Shown in pieces: positions 25,853-35,519 of a stretch of 64,000 nucleotides of DNA. This stretch comes from Nitrospinales bacterium (lineage in GTDB: Bacteria > Nitrospinota > Nitrospinia > Nitrospinales > VA-1). The position numbers and the translations under genes were made by a program. Numbering within the stretch: the first letter of the stretch is position 1; each line of letters opens with the position of its first letter. The stretch is taken from NCBI GenBank assembly GCA_965223345.1, contig CBDCWG010000012.1:384001-448000 (forward strand), given 5' to 3'. The notes beneath the pieces are model-generated. The model was given only the letters and a program-made list of their open reading frames with translations. It searched no databases and was not told where the DNA came from.

Positions 25853-26800
25853 TCAGGAAGGAAAAAACGCATCGATGTAGCGGGTCATGACGGACCCTTC
25901 GCGCACATCCGTGACGACGGAGCGCAGATCTTCACCGGCGAGGTCGCGCAGGATCATCTCGGGGATGCGCCCGCCGGCCTGGATGGTGTGCACCGATCCG
26001 CTGCCGAACCGCAGGTTGACGTCGGTGAAAAAAAATTTGCCCGTTTGGTCTTGTATCCCCTGCAGGTTGCAGGGGCCTTGGAGTCCGAGACGGGAAGCCA
26101 GGGTGGTGGCCGCGGCGACGAGGGCCGGATCGAGGTGGATGCGGCTCACCATCACCTCGCCGCCGCGCACCGCCAGCCGCTCGCGGGGCACCACGCAGCG
26201 CGGCGTGCCGGTACGGTCGGAAAACCAGTCGATGGTGAACTCGCGGCCCGTAATGAACTGCTGGATCAGATGTTCAGGATGCCTGCGTTTGCAGTATTCA
26301 AGATCCTCGCCGTTTTCAATCTTAAAGGTGTTTTTGCCGCCTTCCCCGCGGCGCGGTTTGGCAATGAGCGGAAACTGTGCGTCCGCGTCGCATCGCGTCT
26401 GCGGTGTGGGGATTTCATGTTCTGCGCAAAACCGCGTCAGCTGCCGTTTGTCGTGACAGGTCGCGATCGTTTCGGGACTTTCCAGATAGGCCAGCAACGA
26501 GGCATCCGCAAAGGCCTGCCGGTGGCGGTCGAGAAACTCCACCGCTTTGTTGGTCTGCGGCAGGATCGCGGTGATCGATTCGGCGCGGCAGATGGCGAGC
26601 AGCTCATCGATGCAGGCGGGATCGGAAAACGGCGGCAGGGTGTGGGCGCGGTCGCACACATTGAGGGCCGGGGCGAGCGGATCGCTGTCGGCGCCGACGA
26701 GCTTGCCGGTGTCTGCGTGGGCGCTGCGCGCTTCCCGGAAGGCGCGGATGAGCGCGACGCGCCAGTGCGGCGCCAGGAACAGCAGGTGGACGGGTTTCAT
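25853..26800 (-). CDS. ATP-grasp domain protein (small carbamoyl-phosphate-synthase-like/PylC-like)
   Basis: CHDK, FPLIAKPRRGEGG, IQQFITGREFTID, VPRERLAVRGGE, GPCNLQ, DVNLRFGSG. Confidence 0.78.
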   Translation of the reverse strand: MKPVHLLFLAPHWRVALIRAFREARSAHADTGKLVGADSDPLAPALNVCDRAHTLPPFSDPACIDELLAICRAESITAILPQTNKAVEFLDRHRQAFADASLLAYLESPETIATCHDKRQLTRFCAEHEIPTPQTRCDADAQFPLIAKPRRGEGGKNTFKIENGEDLEYCKRRHPEHLIQQFITGREFTIDWFSDRTGTPRCVVPRERLAVRGGEVMVSRIHLDPALVAAATTLASRLGLQGPCNLQGIQDQTGKFFFTDVNLRFGSGSVHTIQAGGRIPEMILRDLAGEDLRSVVTDVREGSVMTRYIDAFFPS

Positions 26801-26876
26801 GGCAAAAACCTCGGCGCGGCCGGTTGAGTCGGCGCGTTTTTGTCCGGTGTTGCGTTCGAAGGGGAGCGAAGCGCGC

Positions 26877-27428
26877 TCACAGCACGTGCAGGCTTTCGAT
26901 CTGCTGAAGGATTTTCGCGGACGCGCCCCAGATGCGGTGGTGCTTGTGCCAGTACACCACCATGCCGTCGGACTCCTTGAACCCGATGTCGCGCTGCTGG
27001 GTGGAAAGCAGCGCGGCGAGCGGGATCTCCAGCACCGCATCCACTTCATCGGGACAGGGCCGGTAGCGCAGCGCGGCGTCCACCTGGCAGACAAACGGCG
27101 CGATCTCGAATCCGGTGAGCGTCTCCACGGTGGGCAGGCGGCCGATCACCTGCGCCGGCGACACCTCGACGCCGATCTCCTCTTCGGTTTCCCTGAGCGC
27201 GGTGGCCAGCAGGTCGGGATCGTCGGGTTCGACGACGCCGCCCGGAAAGGCGATCTCACCGGCGTGGACCTTGAGATCCAGCGCCCGCTTGGTCATGACG
27301 GTGTGGGCTTCGCCGCGTTTGGCGAACAGGATCACCAGCACCGCCGCGCGCTGCGGGTGCGGTTCCACCGATTCCCGCACCACGGGATAGCGGCTTTTCA
27401 GTTGCGTCGTGATGGCGAACAGGTTCAT
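26877..27428 (-). CDS. Nudix hydrolase, CoA pyrophosphatase (NudL/PCD1-like)
   Basis: AAVLV, TKRA..LKVHAGEIAFPGG, Nudix box TALRETEEEIG, IWGASA. Confidence 0.87.
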   Translation of the reverse strand: MNLFAITTQLKSRYPVVRESVEPHPQRAAVLVILFAKRGEAHTVMTKRALDLKVHAGEIAFPGGVVEPDDPDLLATALRETEEEIGVEVSPAQVIGRLPTVETLTGFEIAPFVCQVDAALRYRPCPDEVDAVLEIPLAALLSTQQRDIGFKESDGMVVYWHKHHRIWGASAKILQQIESLHVL

Positions 27429-27449
27429 GGGTTTCCGATCCCGATTGCC

Positions 27450-27794
27450 TCAGCCCCAGACCGAGGCGAATTCCGCGGCGTCGAAGCCCACGGTGATGCG
27501 GTCCTTGTCCACGGCGATGGGCCGTTTGATCAGCCTGCCGTTGCCGGCCAAAAGATCCAGGGCCTGCTCCTGCGACAGGGAAGGCAGTTTGTCCTTGATT
27601 TTGAGTTCTTTATATTGCTGCCCGCTGGTGTTGAACAGCTTTTTCAGATCGCGGGTTTTGAGGGCGGCTTTCAGCACGGTCTTGGGCGGCGGCGTTTCGG
27701 TGATGTCGATGTCCTGAAACTCCAAACCCTTGCCCTGAAGGTATTTTTTCGCTTTGCGGCAGGTGCCGCATTTGTTGTAGCCGTAAAATTTCAT
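27450..27794 (-). CDS. ArsC/Spx/YffB family protein
   Basis: CGTCRKAKKYL, FNTSGQQYKEL, GRLIKRPI, VGFD. Confidence 0.85.
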   Translation of the reverse strand: MKFYGYNKCGTCRKAKKYLQGKGLEFQDIDITETPPPKTVLKAALKTRDLKKLFNTSGQQYKELKIKDKLPSLSQEQALDLLAGNGRLIKRPIAVDKDRITVGFDAAEFASVWG

Positions 27795-28056
27795 GGTGCG
27801 TCGTCTCCTGAATCACGTTGCGTTGCGGTGGCGGCCATTCTAGCAGGCGCGCCCGGCGGAAAAAACCCGGTTGCCGCGCGCAGACCCGTACCCGGCCTGC
27901 GGACGGGCTTTCCGGCCTACACCATATATAGTGCACTCACTCAACATCTATACCAGAGATAGTATAATTTCACTTTACTTTACCCAATTATTGGGATATC
28001 TTCGAGCATAAAATGGAGGGTTATTTGTTTCATTTTTCAGGGGTAACGACCGACAC

Positions 28057-31000
28057 ATGCTACTAAAAAGTCTGGAACTGGAAGGTTTCAAATCGTTCGT
28101 GGACAGCACGGCGCTGAACTTCAACAACGGCTTCACCGCCATCGTGGGTCCCAACGGCTGCGGCAAGAGCAACGTCTCCGACGCCATCCGCTGGGTGATC
28201 GGCGAGCAGAGCTCCAAATCGCTGCGCGGAACCCGCATCACCGACCTGATCTTCAACGGCAGCGGCTCGCGCAAGCCGGTGAACCGCGCTGAAATATCGT
28301 TGACTTTGACGCGTGTGCCGGCCGGCATCCGCATCGCCAGCGTGCCCAATATATCGGAAGAGGTAAAAATCACCCGCTGCTACCATCGCTCCGGCGAAAG
28401 TGAGTTTTACATCAACCAGGTGCCCTGCCGCCTGAAGGACATCACCGACTTTCTGCTCGACATCGGCATCAGCCCCAAGGTGCTGACCGTCATCGAGCAG
28501 GGGCACATCCAGGACATCATCACCTCCAAGCCCGAGGAGCGGCGCATCCTCATCGAAGAGGCGGCGGGCATCCTCAAATTCAAGCACCGCCGCAACGAGG
28601 CGATCCGCAAGCTGGAATCGTCCGGCCAGAACCTGGAACGCATCACCGACATCGTGCAGGAGCTGGGCCGGCGGGTGGAATCGCTGAAGCGCCAGGCCGC
28701 CAAAGCCGAACGCTACAAAAAATACCAGGCGGAGATCAAGGAGCTGTCCCTCAAGCTGTTCTCCAAGAAACACCGCCACTACCAGAGCGACCTCAAAGAC
28801 ATCGAGGAACAGTTCGCGCGGGAAAACGAGCACAAGACGCAGCAGGCGGCGCGGGCCTCGACGCTGGAAAACGGCATCACCGAACTCAACGTCGAAATCG
28901 ACGAACTCTCCACGGCGCTCAACGAGAAAAAGGAACGCACGCACGAGCTGGCGGGCCAGATCAGCAAGCTGGAGCACAACATCGAGCTCAAGCAGTCGCA
29001 GATCACCCAGGCCGAAACGGACATCCAGGCCGCCGAGGAGGAAGTGCGGCGCATGAACGAGGAGATCGCCTCGTTTTCCGCGGAAGTGGAGCAGCAGCGC
29101 ACGGAACTCACCCAGGTGTCGGGCGAGATCAACGAGCAGGAAGACGTGCTCAAGACGCGGTCGCAGGCGCTGGAAGAGGAAAAAACCGCGCTGGCGGAAA
29201 AGGAGAGCCGCGTGCGCACCGAGGAAGAGCGCGTCCGCTCGCTGTACCAGACGATCGCCACGAAAAACAACGAACTGACGGCGCTGGAAACCCGGCGGCA
29301 GCATCTGGAATCGCTGGAAGAAAAGCTGCTCCAGGAGCTCACGGAAACCGGCAGCCTGGCGGAAGCCAGCCGGGTGTCGCACACGCAGGCGGAGGAAGAA
29401 CAGAACGAGCGGCTGCGAGCGCTGTCGCGGCTGAAGGAAAAAAAGGAACTCTGCCAGCAGGAGACGCAGGAATTCGGCGACAGGCTGCAGGCGAAAACCG
29501 ATTCGCTCGCGGCGCTGAAGGAAGATTACCTGACCCAGGCGTCTCTGCTTTCCTCGCTCAAGGAACTGCGCGAGAAATTCGCCGGGTTCGATGAGGGCAT
29601 CCAGTCTTTGATGACCGAAAACGGCAACGGCGGCCGCCCGGCCGGGCTGCGCGAGGTGCTGGTGGACGTGCTGAAAGCGCCGAAGGAGCTGGAACCGGCG
29701 CTGGAGGCGGTGCTGGGGGAAAAACTGCAGAGCATCATCGTCGATTCCTATTCCGACACCATCGCCGCCATCGACTATCTCAAGAACCGGCAGTCGGGCC
29801 GCGGCTCGTTCATTCCGCTCAAGGCCAAGAGTTCCCCGGCGCAGCCGGTGCACCTCAACGGCAACCCCGCCGTGCGCGGGCGCATCCTCGATTTCATCGA
29901 ATGCCGCGACGAATACCGGCCGGCGCTGGAACTGCTGCTCGGCAACGTGGTGCTGGTGCAGGATTTCGACACGGCGCTTTCGATGCACCAGAGCGCGGAC
30001 TTTTCGGGAACCTGCGTCACGGAAAACGGCGAGACCATCGATTCCAAGGGGCTGGTCTCGGGCGGCGCGGTGAACAAGAGCTCGGCGGGCCTGTTGTCGC
30101 GCAACCGCGAGATCGAGACCCGCTCCGAATCGGTGGAGCGCCTGAAAGCGCAGCTCGATAACGAGCAGCGCGAACTGGAGGACATGCAGGCCACGCTGGG
30201 CGGGCTCAAGGAACGGCTCAAGCACATCGAATCCTCGGTGCACGAGAGCGAAATCACGCAGACGCAGTCGCAAAAGGACATCGAGCAGTTGATCAAGGAA
30301 ATCGAACGGCTGGAAGCGCGGCTGTACGCGTTGCAGTCGGAAAAATCCAGCGGCTCGGAGGAATTGCAAACGTTGAACCGGCAGAAGGAAACGCTGACGC
30401 AGGAGCTTGCCGAAGCGGAAGCGGAAAAAAACCGCGGCGAGGCGCAGGCGAACGAGCTGAAAGCGGAACTGGAGAGCAAGCGGCGGGAACTGGAAACGCA
30501 GTCCAGCGAGATCGGTGCCATCCAGGTGCGCATCGCCTCGTTGATCGGCAAACGCGAAAACACGCTGACGGAAATCAAACGGCTCGACCTGCAACAGGAG
30601 AACCTGCGGCACCGCATTCAAAAACGTGAGGAAGACCAGTCGCAGAACAAGCGCAGGATCGAGGAAACCCGCGGCGCCATCGAGGGGCTGGAAAAAGAAA
30701 TTTTACAGAATGTGCGCGACAGGGACGCGCTGCAGGAGACCGTGGTGCGGGAAGAGGAAGCGCTGACGGAAAAGGAAGAACAGCGCAGCGGGATGGAGCA
30801 GGAGGCCAAGCAACTGGCGCGCGAGCTGCAGGAGTTGACGGAGAGCCTGTCGAAAACCGAGCTCAAGCGTTCGGAAACGCGCATTCAGATGGCACACCTG
30901 GAAGAGAAAGCCTACGACGATTTCAACGCCACGCTGGACGAGATGAAAGCGGCCTACGACGATGCGGTGGACGAAGGGCCCGCCGACGAGCGGGTGCGCG

Positions 31001-31617
31001 AGCTGAAGGGCAAGGTCGCCAAAATGGGCGAAGTCAACCTAGCGGCGCTTTCCGATTTCGAGGAAACCAACGAGCGCTACACGTTCCTGAAAAAGCAACA
31101 GGAGGACCTTTCCGATTCCATCGTCACGCTGCACGCCACCATCGAAAAGATCAACCACACCACGCGCGAACGGTTTCTGGAAACGTTCGAAAAAGTGAAC
31201 GAAAACTTCAAGGCCATCTTCGCCCGCCTGTTCCAGGGCGGCAAGGCGGAGCTGTCGCTTTCCGAACCGGACAACCCGCTGGAATCGGGCATCGAGATCA
31301 CCGCCAACCCGGTCGGGAAAACCATGCAGAACCTGACGCTGCTGTCCGGCGGCGAAAAATCGATGACGGCCATCGCCCTGATGTTCGCCGTCTTCAAGGT
31401 GCGCCCCAGCCCGTTCTGCCTGCTGGACGAGGTGGACGCACCGCTGGACGACGCCAACGTCATCCGCTTTCAGGAAATGCTCAAGGAGATGGCGGTGAAC
31501 ACCCAGTTCATCCTCATCACCCACAACCAGCAGACCATGTCCTTCGCCGACGTGCTGTACGGCATCACGATGGAGGAGCAGGGCGTCTCCAAGGCCGTCT
31601 CCGTGCGCATCAACTGA
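28057..31617 (+). CDS. smc: Chromosome segregation protein SMC
   Basis: GFKSF, Walker A GPNGCGKSN, long coiled coils, hinge GRGSFIPL, LSGGEK, LLDEVDAPLD. Confidence 0.96.
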   Translation: MLLKSLELEGFKSFVDSTALNFNNGFTAIVGPNGCGKSNVSDAIRWVIGEQSSKSLRGTRITDLIFNGSGSRKPVNRAEISLTLTRVPAGIRIASVPNISEEVKITRCYHRSGESEFYINQVPCRLKDITDFLLDIGISPKVLTVIEQGHIQDIITSKPEERRILIEEAAGILKFKHRRNEAIRKLESSGQNLERITDIVQELGRRVESLKRQAAKAERYKKYQAEIKELSLKLFSKKHRHYQSDLKDIEEQFARENEHKTQQAARASTLENGITELNVEIDELSTALNEKKERTHELAGQISKLEHNIELKQSQITQAETDIQAAEEEVRRMNEEIASFSAEVEQQRTELTQVSGEINEQEDVLKTRSQALEEEKTALAEKESRVRTEEERVRSLYQTIATKNNELTALETRRQHLESLEEKLLQELTETGSLAEASRVSHTQAEEEQNERLRALSRLKEKKELCQQETQEFGDRLQAKTDSLAALKEDYLTQASLLSSLKELREKFAGFDEGIQSLMTENGNGGRPAGLREVLVDVLKAPKELEPALEAVLGEKLQSIIVDSYSDTIAAIDYLKNRQSGRGSFIPLKAKSSPAQPVHLNGNPAVRGRILDFIECRDEYRPALELLLGNVVLVQDFDTALSMHQSADFSGTCVTENGETIDSKGLVSGGAVNKSSAGLLSRNREIETRSESVERLKAQLDNEQRELEDMQATLGGLKERLKHIESSVHESEITQTQSQKDIEQLIKEIERLEARLYALQSEKSSGSEELQTLNRQKETLTQELAEAEAEKNRGEAQANELKAELESKRRELETQSSEIGAIQVRIASLIGKRENTLTEIKRLDLQQENLRHRIQKREEDQSQNKRRIEETRGAIEGLEKEILQNVRDRDALQETVVREEEALTEKEEQRSGMEQEAKQLARELQELTESLSKTELKRSETRIQMAHLEEKAYDDFNATLDEMKAAYDDAVDEGPADERVRELKGKVAKMGEVNLAALSDFEETNERYTFLKKQQEDLSDSIVTLHATIEKINHTTRERFLETFEKVNENFKAIFARLFQGGKAELSLSEPDNPLESGIEITANPVGKTMQNLTLLSGGEKSMTAIALMFAVFKVRPSPFCLLDEVDAPLDDANVIRFQEMLKEMAVNTQFILITHNQQTMSFADVLYGITMEEQGVSKAVSVRIN

Positions 31618-31732
31618 CCGGCTGCCGTCCGGTTCCCCCTCCCGAAAATCGTATCGCCAGTGCAGGCTCGCCCGCTTGGTCCCCCGGTTTTGAAAATGCT
31701 ATACTTGGTGACTCCCACAAACCGAGTGACCG

Positions 31733-33085
31733 ATGACGGAAGCCAAGGACATCGACGACAGCCTGGAGTTTCTCCGCTATTTCGAGCGCTACACGCACAA
31801 TCCGGGGCTGGCGGAACTGGTGCAGCAGAAATCCAGCCTCGATAAAAAATCGCTCGACCTGTCCAGCTGCCAGCTCTCGGAAACGGATTTTGAGGCGCTG
31901 GCGGGTATGGAACCGCTGGCGCGCCTCACCGGTCTCAACCTCGATCAGACCGGGCTGACCACGGCGGGGCTCGCGCATCTGGTGACCTCGAAACTGTTCT
32001 CCAACCTGAAATCGCTGTCGCTGTTCAACAACAACCTCGACGACGAGGGCCTGTTCTACCTCTCCAAATGCACACACCTCGCGCAACTGGAAACGCTCAA
32101 CCTTTCGGGCAACGAGATCGGCATGCTGGGCGCGAAGGTGCTGTTCATGGCCGCGGGTCTCTCCCGCCTCACCGAACTCGATCTTTCCTACAACCGCATC
32201 GAAGCTCTCGGCATCAAGGCGCTGGGGGAATCGCCGCTGGCAAAACAGCTCACGCACCTGAACCTGCGCGACACCTGCCTGGGCGATGAGGGCATGCAGG
32301 CGATCGCCGGCCATGTGGTGCTGGATGCGCTCGAAACGCTGGACCTTTCGGACAACAACATCACCGCGGCGGGCATGGAGGCGCTGAGCCGGGCGCGGCC
32401 GTTTCCCAAACTCAAACACGTGATCCTGAACAACAACCACATCGGCGACGACGGGTTTTATGCGATGGCGGAGTCGGACCTGTTTCAAAGCGTCGAGGAA
32501 CTGCAGATCATCAACAATTCTTTGACCACCGACAGCGCCATCTCGCTGGCGCAGTCGAAAACGCTCTGCGGACTGCGGATGCTGGACATGAACAACAACG
32601 ACATCCGCGCGGAAGGGGTGCGCGCGCTGTCCAAATCGAAGAACATGCAGGGGATGGAAACGCTGGATCTGGGGGAAAACCGGCTGGATGCGGAAGGCGC
32701 CGAAGCGCTGGCGAAAAGCCCCTACTTTTCCGGACTCAAGTCGCTGCGGCTCAACAACAACAATATTTCCGACCGGGGCGCGGCGGCGATCGCGCGCTCG
32801 AAAACGCTCTCAGGCCTGGTTTCGCTCTACCTGGAAAACGAAAACTGGATCCACGCGCAGGGCACCAGGGCGCTGGCGCAATCCACCACGCTGTCGAACC
32901 TGAAACGGCTGGTGTTGAGCCTGAACATGATCGGGGACGAAGGCGCGCGTTACCTCGCGGAATCGACGGCGTTGTCCGGCCTGACCCACCTGAACGTCGC
33001 GGGCAACCGGCTGACCTCGGCGGGCGAGGACGCCTTGGTCAAATCGACCGCTCTCTCCAGCATCCAGCAGCTGGAAATCGTCTAG
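31733..33085 (+). CDS. Leucine-rich repeat protein with 15 RI-like repeats of 27 aa
   Basis: Consensus LxxLxLxxNxIxxxGxxxLAxSxxLxx spans nearly the whole protein. Confidence 0.88.
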   Translation: MTEAKDIDDSLEFLRYFERYTHNPGLAELVQQKSSLDKKSLDLSSCQLSETDFEALAGMEPLARLTGLNLDQTGLTTAGLAHLVTSKLFSNLKSLSLFNNNLDDEGLFYLSKCTHLAQLETLNLSGNEIGMLGAKVLFMAAGLSRLTELDLSYNRIEALGIKALGESPLAKQLTHLNLRDTCLGDEGMQAIAGHVVLDALETLDLSDNNITAAGMEALSRARPFPKLKHVILNNNHIGDDGFYAMAESDLFQSVEELQIINNSLTTDSAISLAQSKTLCGLRMLDMNNNDIRAEGVRALSKSKNMQGMETLDLGENRLDAEGAEALAKSPYFSGLKSLRLNNNNISDRGAAAIARSKTLSGLVSLYLENENWIHAQGTRALAQSTTLSNLKRLVLSLNMIGDEGARYLAESTALSGLTHLNVAGNRLTSAGEDALVKSTALSSIQQLEIV

Positions 33086-33111
33086 TTCACCTCACCACCG
33101 GTTGCGCTCTC

Positions 33112-35319
33112 TCAATTCGCAGAGGTACGCGCCATGCCTTTCTTCTTGAGCGTGCGCTCGATGTTGGTCTCCACCACCGCGACTTTGTGCGGCAGGTTCG
33201 ACTTTTTGAAGATGGTCAGGGCGTTCTGATAGTACTCCATGGCCTTGTCGTAATCGCCCTTGTCGTGCCACATGGAAGCGAGGTTGTTCCAGTCGTGCGC
33301 CACGGTCGGGTGATTGGGCCCGAGCGATTTGAGATTGCTGGCCAGGGCTTTTTCGTAATAATCCAGCGCCCGCTCCTCCTCGCCCTTGGCTTTCCAGGCG
33401 GAGCCCAGGTTGTTCCAGAGGATGGCGACGTTGGGATGGCCTTTGCCGTAGATGTTGTTGAAGCTGTCGAGGGCTTTGTCGTAGTAGGCGATGGCCTTCT
33501 CCTGGTCGCCCTGCCGCCGCCAGGCGGTCCCCAGGTTGGTCCAGTCGTGCGCGACGTTTTCGTGCGCCGGGCCCAGGGCCTTCATGTCGGTGAGCAGCGC
33601 CCTCTCATGGTACTGGATGGCCTTGTCGTACTCGCCCTTCTTGCGCCACGCTTCCCCGAGATAGTTCCAGTTGCGGGCGACCACCGGGTGATCCTCACCA
33701 TACGTCTTCAGATTGCTTTCCAGCGCTTTCTGGTGCAGGCGGATGGCCTTGTCGTATTCGCCCTTCTTGCGCCAGGCCTCGCCGAGGTCGTTCCAGCGTT
33801 TCGCGATGGTCGGGTGGTTGCCGTCGTAGATTCGCATCTCGCTGTTCAACGATTTCTCCCAGTTGGCGACGGCGAGATCGTATTCGCCGTTGTTGTAGTG
33901 CGCGGTGCCTTTGTGATTCCAGATGCGCGCCACAAAGGGATGCTCGGGGCCGATGGTTTTTAAGAAACTGTTGAGGGACTTGTCGTAATAGGCGGTCGCT
34001 TTATCGTAGTCGCCCTGCTTGCGCCAGAGGTCGCCCAGGTTGCTCCAGTGCACCGCGACGTTGGGATGATCGGATCCGACCAGCTTCAGGTCGCTTTCGA
34101 GCGCGCGCTCGAAATAATCGCGGGCGGTGTCGTAATTGCCCTGGATCAGATGCACGACGCCGGTGTCGTTGAGATAGGCGGAGTTGTTGGGCTCCAGCTG
34201 CACGGCTTTTTCATAAAACAGCAGCGCGTTGCGGTAATCGAGAGACAGCTCGTAGATGCGCGCGCGGGTGAATTCGATCAGGGCGGGGTCGGTTCCTGTG
34301 CCCTTGCGCTCTGCCGCGGAAACGGCGGCATGCGCCTGATCCAGCGCTCCGCGGTCCACCATGCCGAGCACCGGTTCCAGCTCGCTGCCTTTCAGCTCAT
34401 CGCGCATCCTTAAGATCACTTCTTCCATGCGGATGACTTCGGGATCCGCAAACCGCTGCACCCTCGGGTCGCGCGGCTTTTTCAGGAGAATCTGCCGCAC
34501 CCATAGATACACGGGGTCCGCCGATCCATGCGGCTGCGAGAGGTGCGCGTGATTTTTGATGAACGGCTGCGACTGGCGGGAAAACAGTTTCGCGGACTCC
34601 TTGCCGACGACGGTGCCCATCGGTCCGGAGGGGACCAGTTCGTAGCCCGCATAGATGTCCACCGTGCGGCCGCTTTTGGGTTTGAGAAACTGTTCGCGCC
34701 ACCTCTGGTTCAACGGATCGAGCTTCTCGCGGCTCGCCGCCTGCAGCGCACCCGAATTTCCCGGGCAATGGTGGGCCGCCACGTTTTTGTAGCCGCTGCC
34801 GAGATTGGGTGTGCCCAAAAGGACAACTTTATCGAGCAACACCCGGCGGTCGAGGTTTTCCGGATGGCCGAGCACGAACTCCCGGGCGATCAATCCGCCC
34901 ACGCCCTGGGCGACGATGGACAGGGACTGATAATGATCGTGGCTGGGCAGCAGCGTGTTGATCTCTTCGGCGAGTTGCTGCGCGGTCTGCTGAATGCTGA
35001 AGCCGGGCCCGCAGTCGCCTTGGTAAGCAAACGACAGGACGTCGGCGTTATGAAATCCCTTTTCCTGGGCAAACCGCTCGGGCCAGAAAAATGCCGGCTG
35101 GTTTTGCGGATCGGACCAGGTGTCGATCGGGCCACCGTTCAGATCGTGGATGAACACGATCAGCTTGACGGAATGTCTGTTTTCAATGAGGATCGACTCA
35201 TTCGGCAACACGCTTTTGGCGGGAAAACTGGTGCAACTGGAAATCAATACCAGGACGGCTGCGATGAGTGCGAGCCGGCGACACGGTTTCACTGCCCGGG
35301 AAAGGAATGGCTTCCGCAT
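33112..35319 (-). CDS. Lipoprotein with a degenerate alpha/beta-hydrolase domain and 42-aa kinesin-light-chain-type TPRs
   Basis: Lipobox LISSC; IVFIHDLNG, IVAQGVGGLIAR, LLGTPNLGS; seven 42-aa repeats HPxVAxxWNNLGxxWxxKGxYDKA. Confidence 0.8.
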   Translation of the reverse strand: MRKPFLSRAVKPCRRLALIAAVLVLISSCTSFPAKSVLPNESILIENRHSVKLIVFIHDLNGGPIDTWSDPQNQPAFFWPERFAQEKGFHNADVLSFAYQGDCGPGFSIQQTAQQLAEEINTLLPSHDHYQSLSIVAQGVGGLIAREFVLGHPENLDRRVLLDKVVLLGTPNLGSGYKNVAAHHCPGNSGALQAASREKLDPLNQRWREQFLKPKSGRTVDIYAGYELVPSGPMGTVVGKESAKLFSRQSQPFIKNHAHLSQPHGSADPVYLWVRQILLKKPRDPRVQRFADPEVIRMEEVILRMRDELKGSELEPVLGMVDRGALDQAHAAVSAAERKGTGTDPALIEFTRARIYELSLDYRNALLFYEKAVQLEPNNSAYLNDTGVVHLIQGNYDTARDYFERALESDLKLVGSDHPNVAVHWSNLGDLWRKQGDYDKATAYYDKSLNSFLKTIGPEHPFVARIWNHKGTAHYNNGEYDLAVANWEKSLNSEMRIYDGNHPTIAKRWNDLGEAWRKKGEYDKAIRLHQKALESNLKTYGEDHPVVARNWNYLGEAWRKKGEYDKAIQYHERALLTDMKALGPAHENVAHDWTNLGTAWRRQGDQEKAIAYYDKALDSFNNIYGKGHPNVAILWNNLGSAWKAKGEEERALDYYEKALASNLKSLGPNHPTVAHDWNNLASMWHDKGDYDKAMEYYQNALTIFKKSNLPHKVAVVETNIERTLKKKGMARTSAN

Positions 35320-35519
35320 GAATTACTCCTTAAAATTCAGTTGGAAAGAATTTTTTAGGGATCATATCACAGATCGAAAACTTTTTTAATAAATTGAATC
35401 CTAATTTTTTCAGCCTACCACCGACACGCACTGAAAGAAGAAAAAAATTTCTCCATTCATGCTTGAAAAGAAATGCCGTTTGCAATCGGGCCGCGGGGGA
35501 AATTTTTCCGCTGCGCGCG

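Noticed and set aside
17261..30621. Long antisense ORFs (for example 17261-19360, 19527-21563, 28063-30621)
   Set aside because: They are mirror frames of real high-GC genes, open because of codon bias, with no family motifs.
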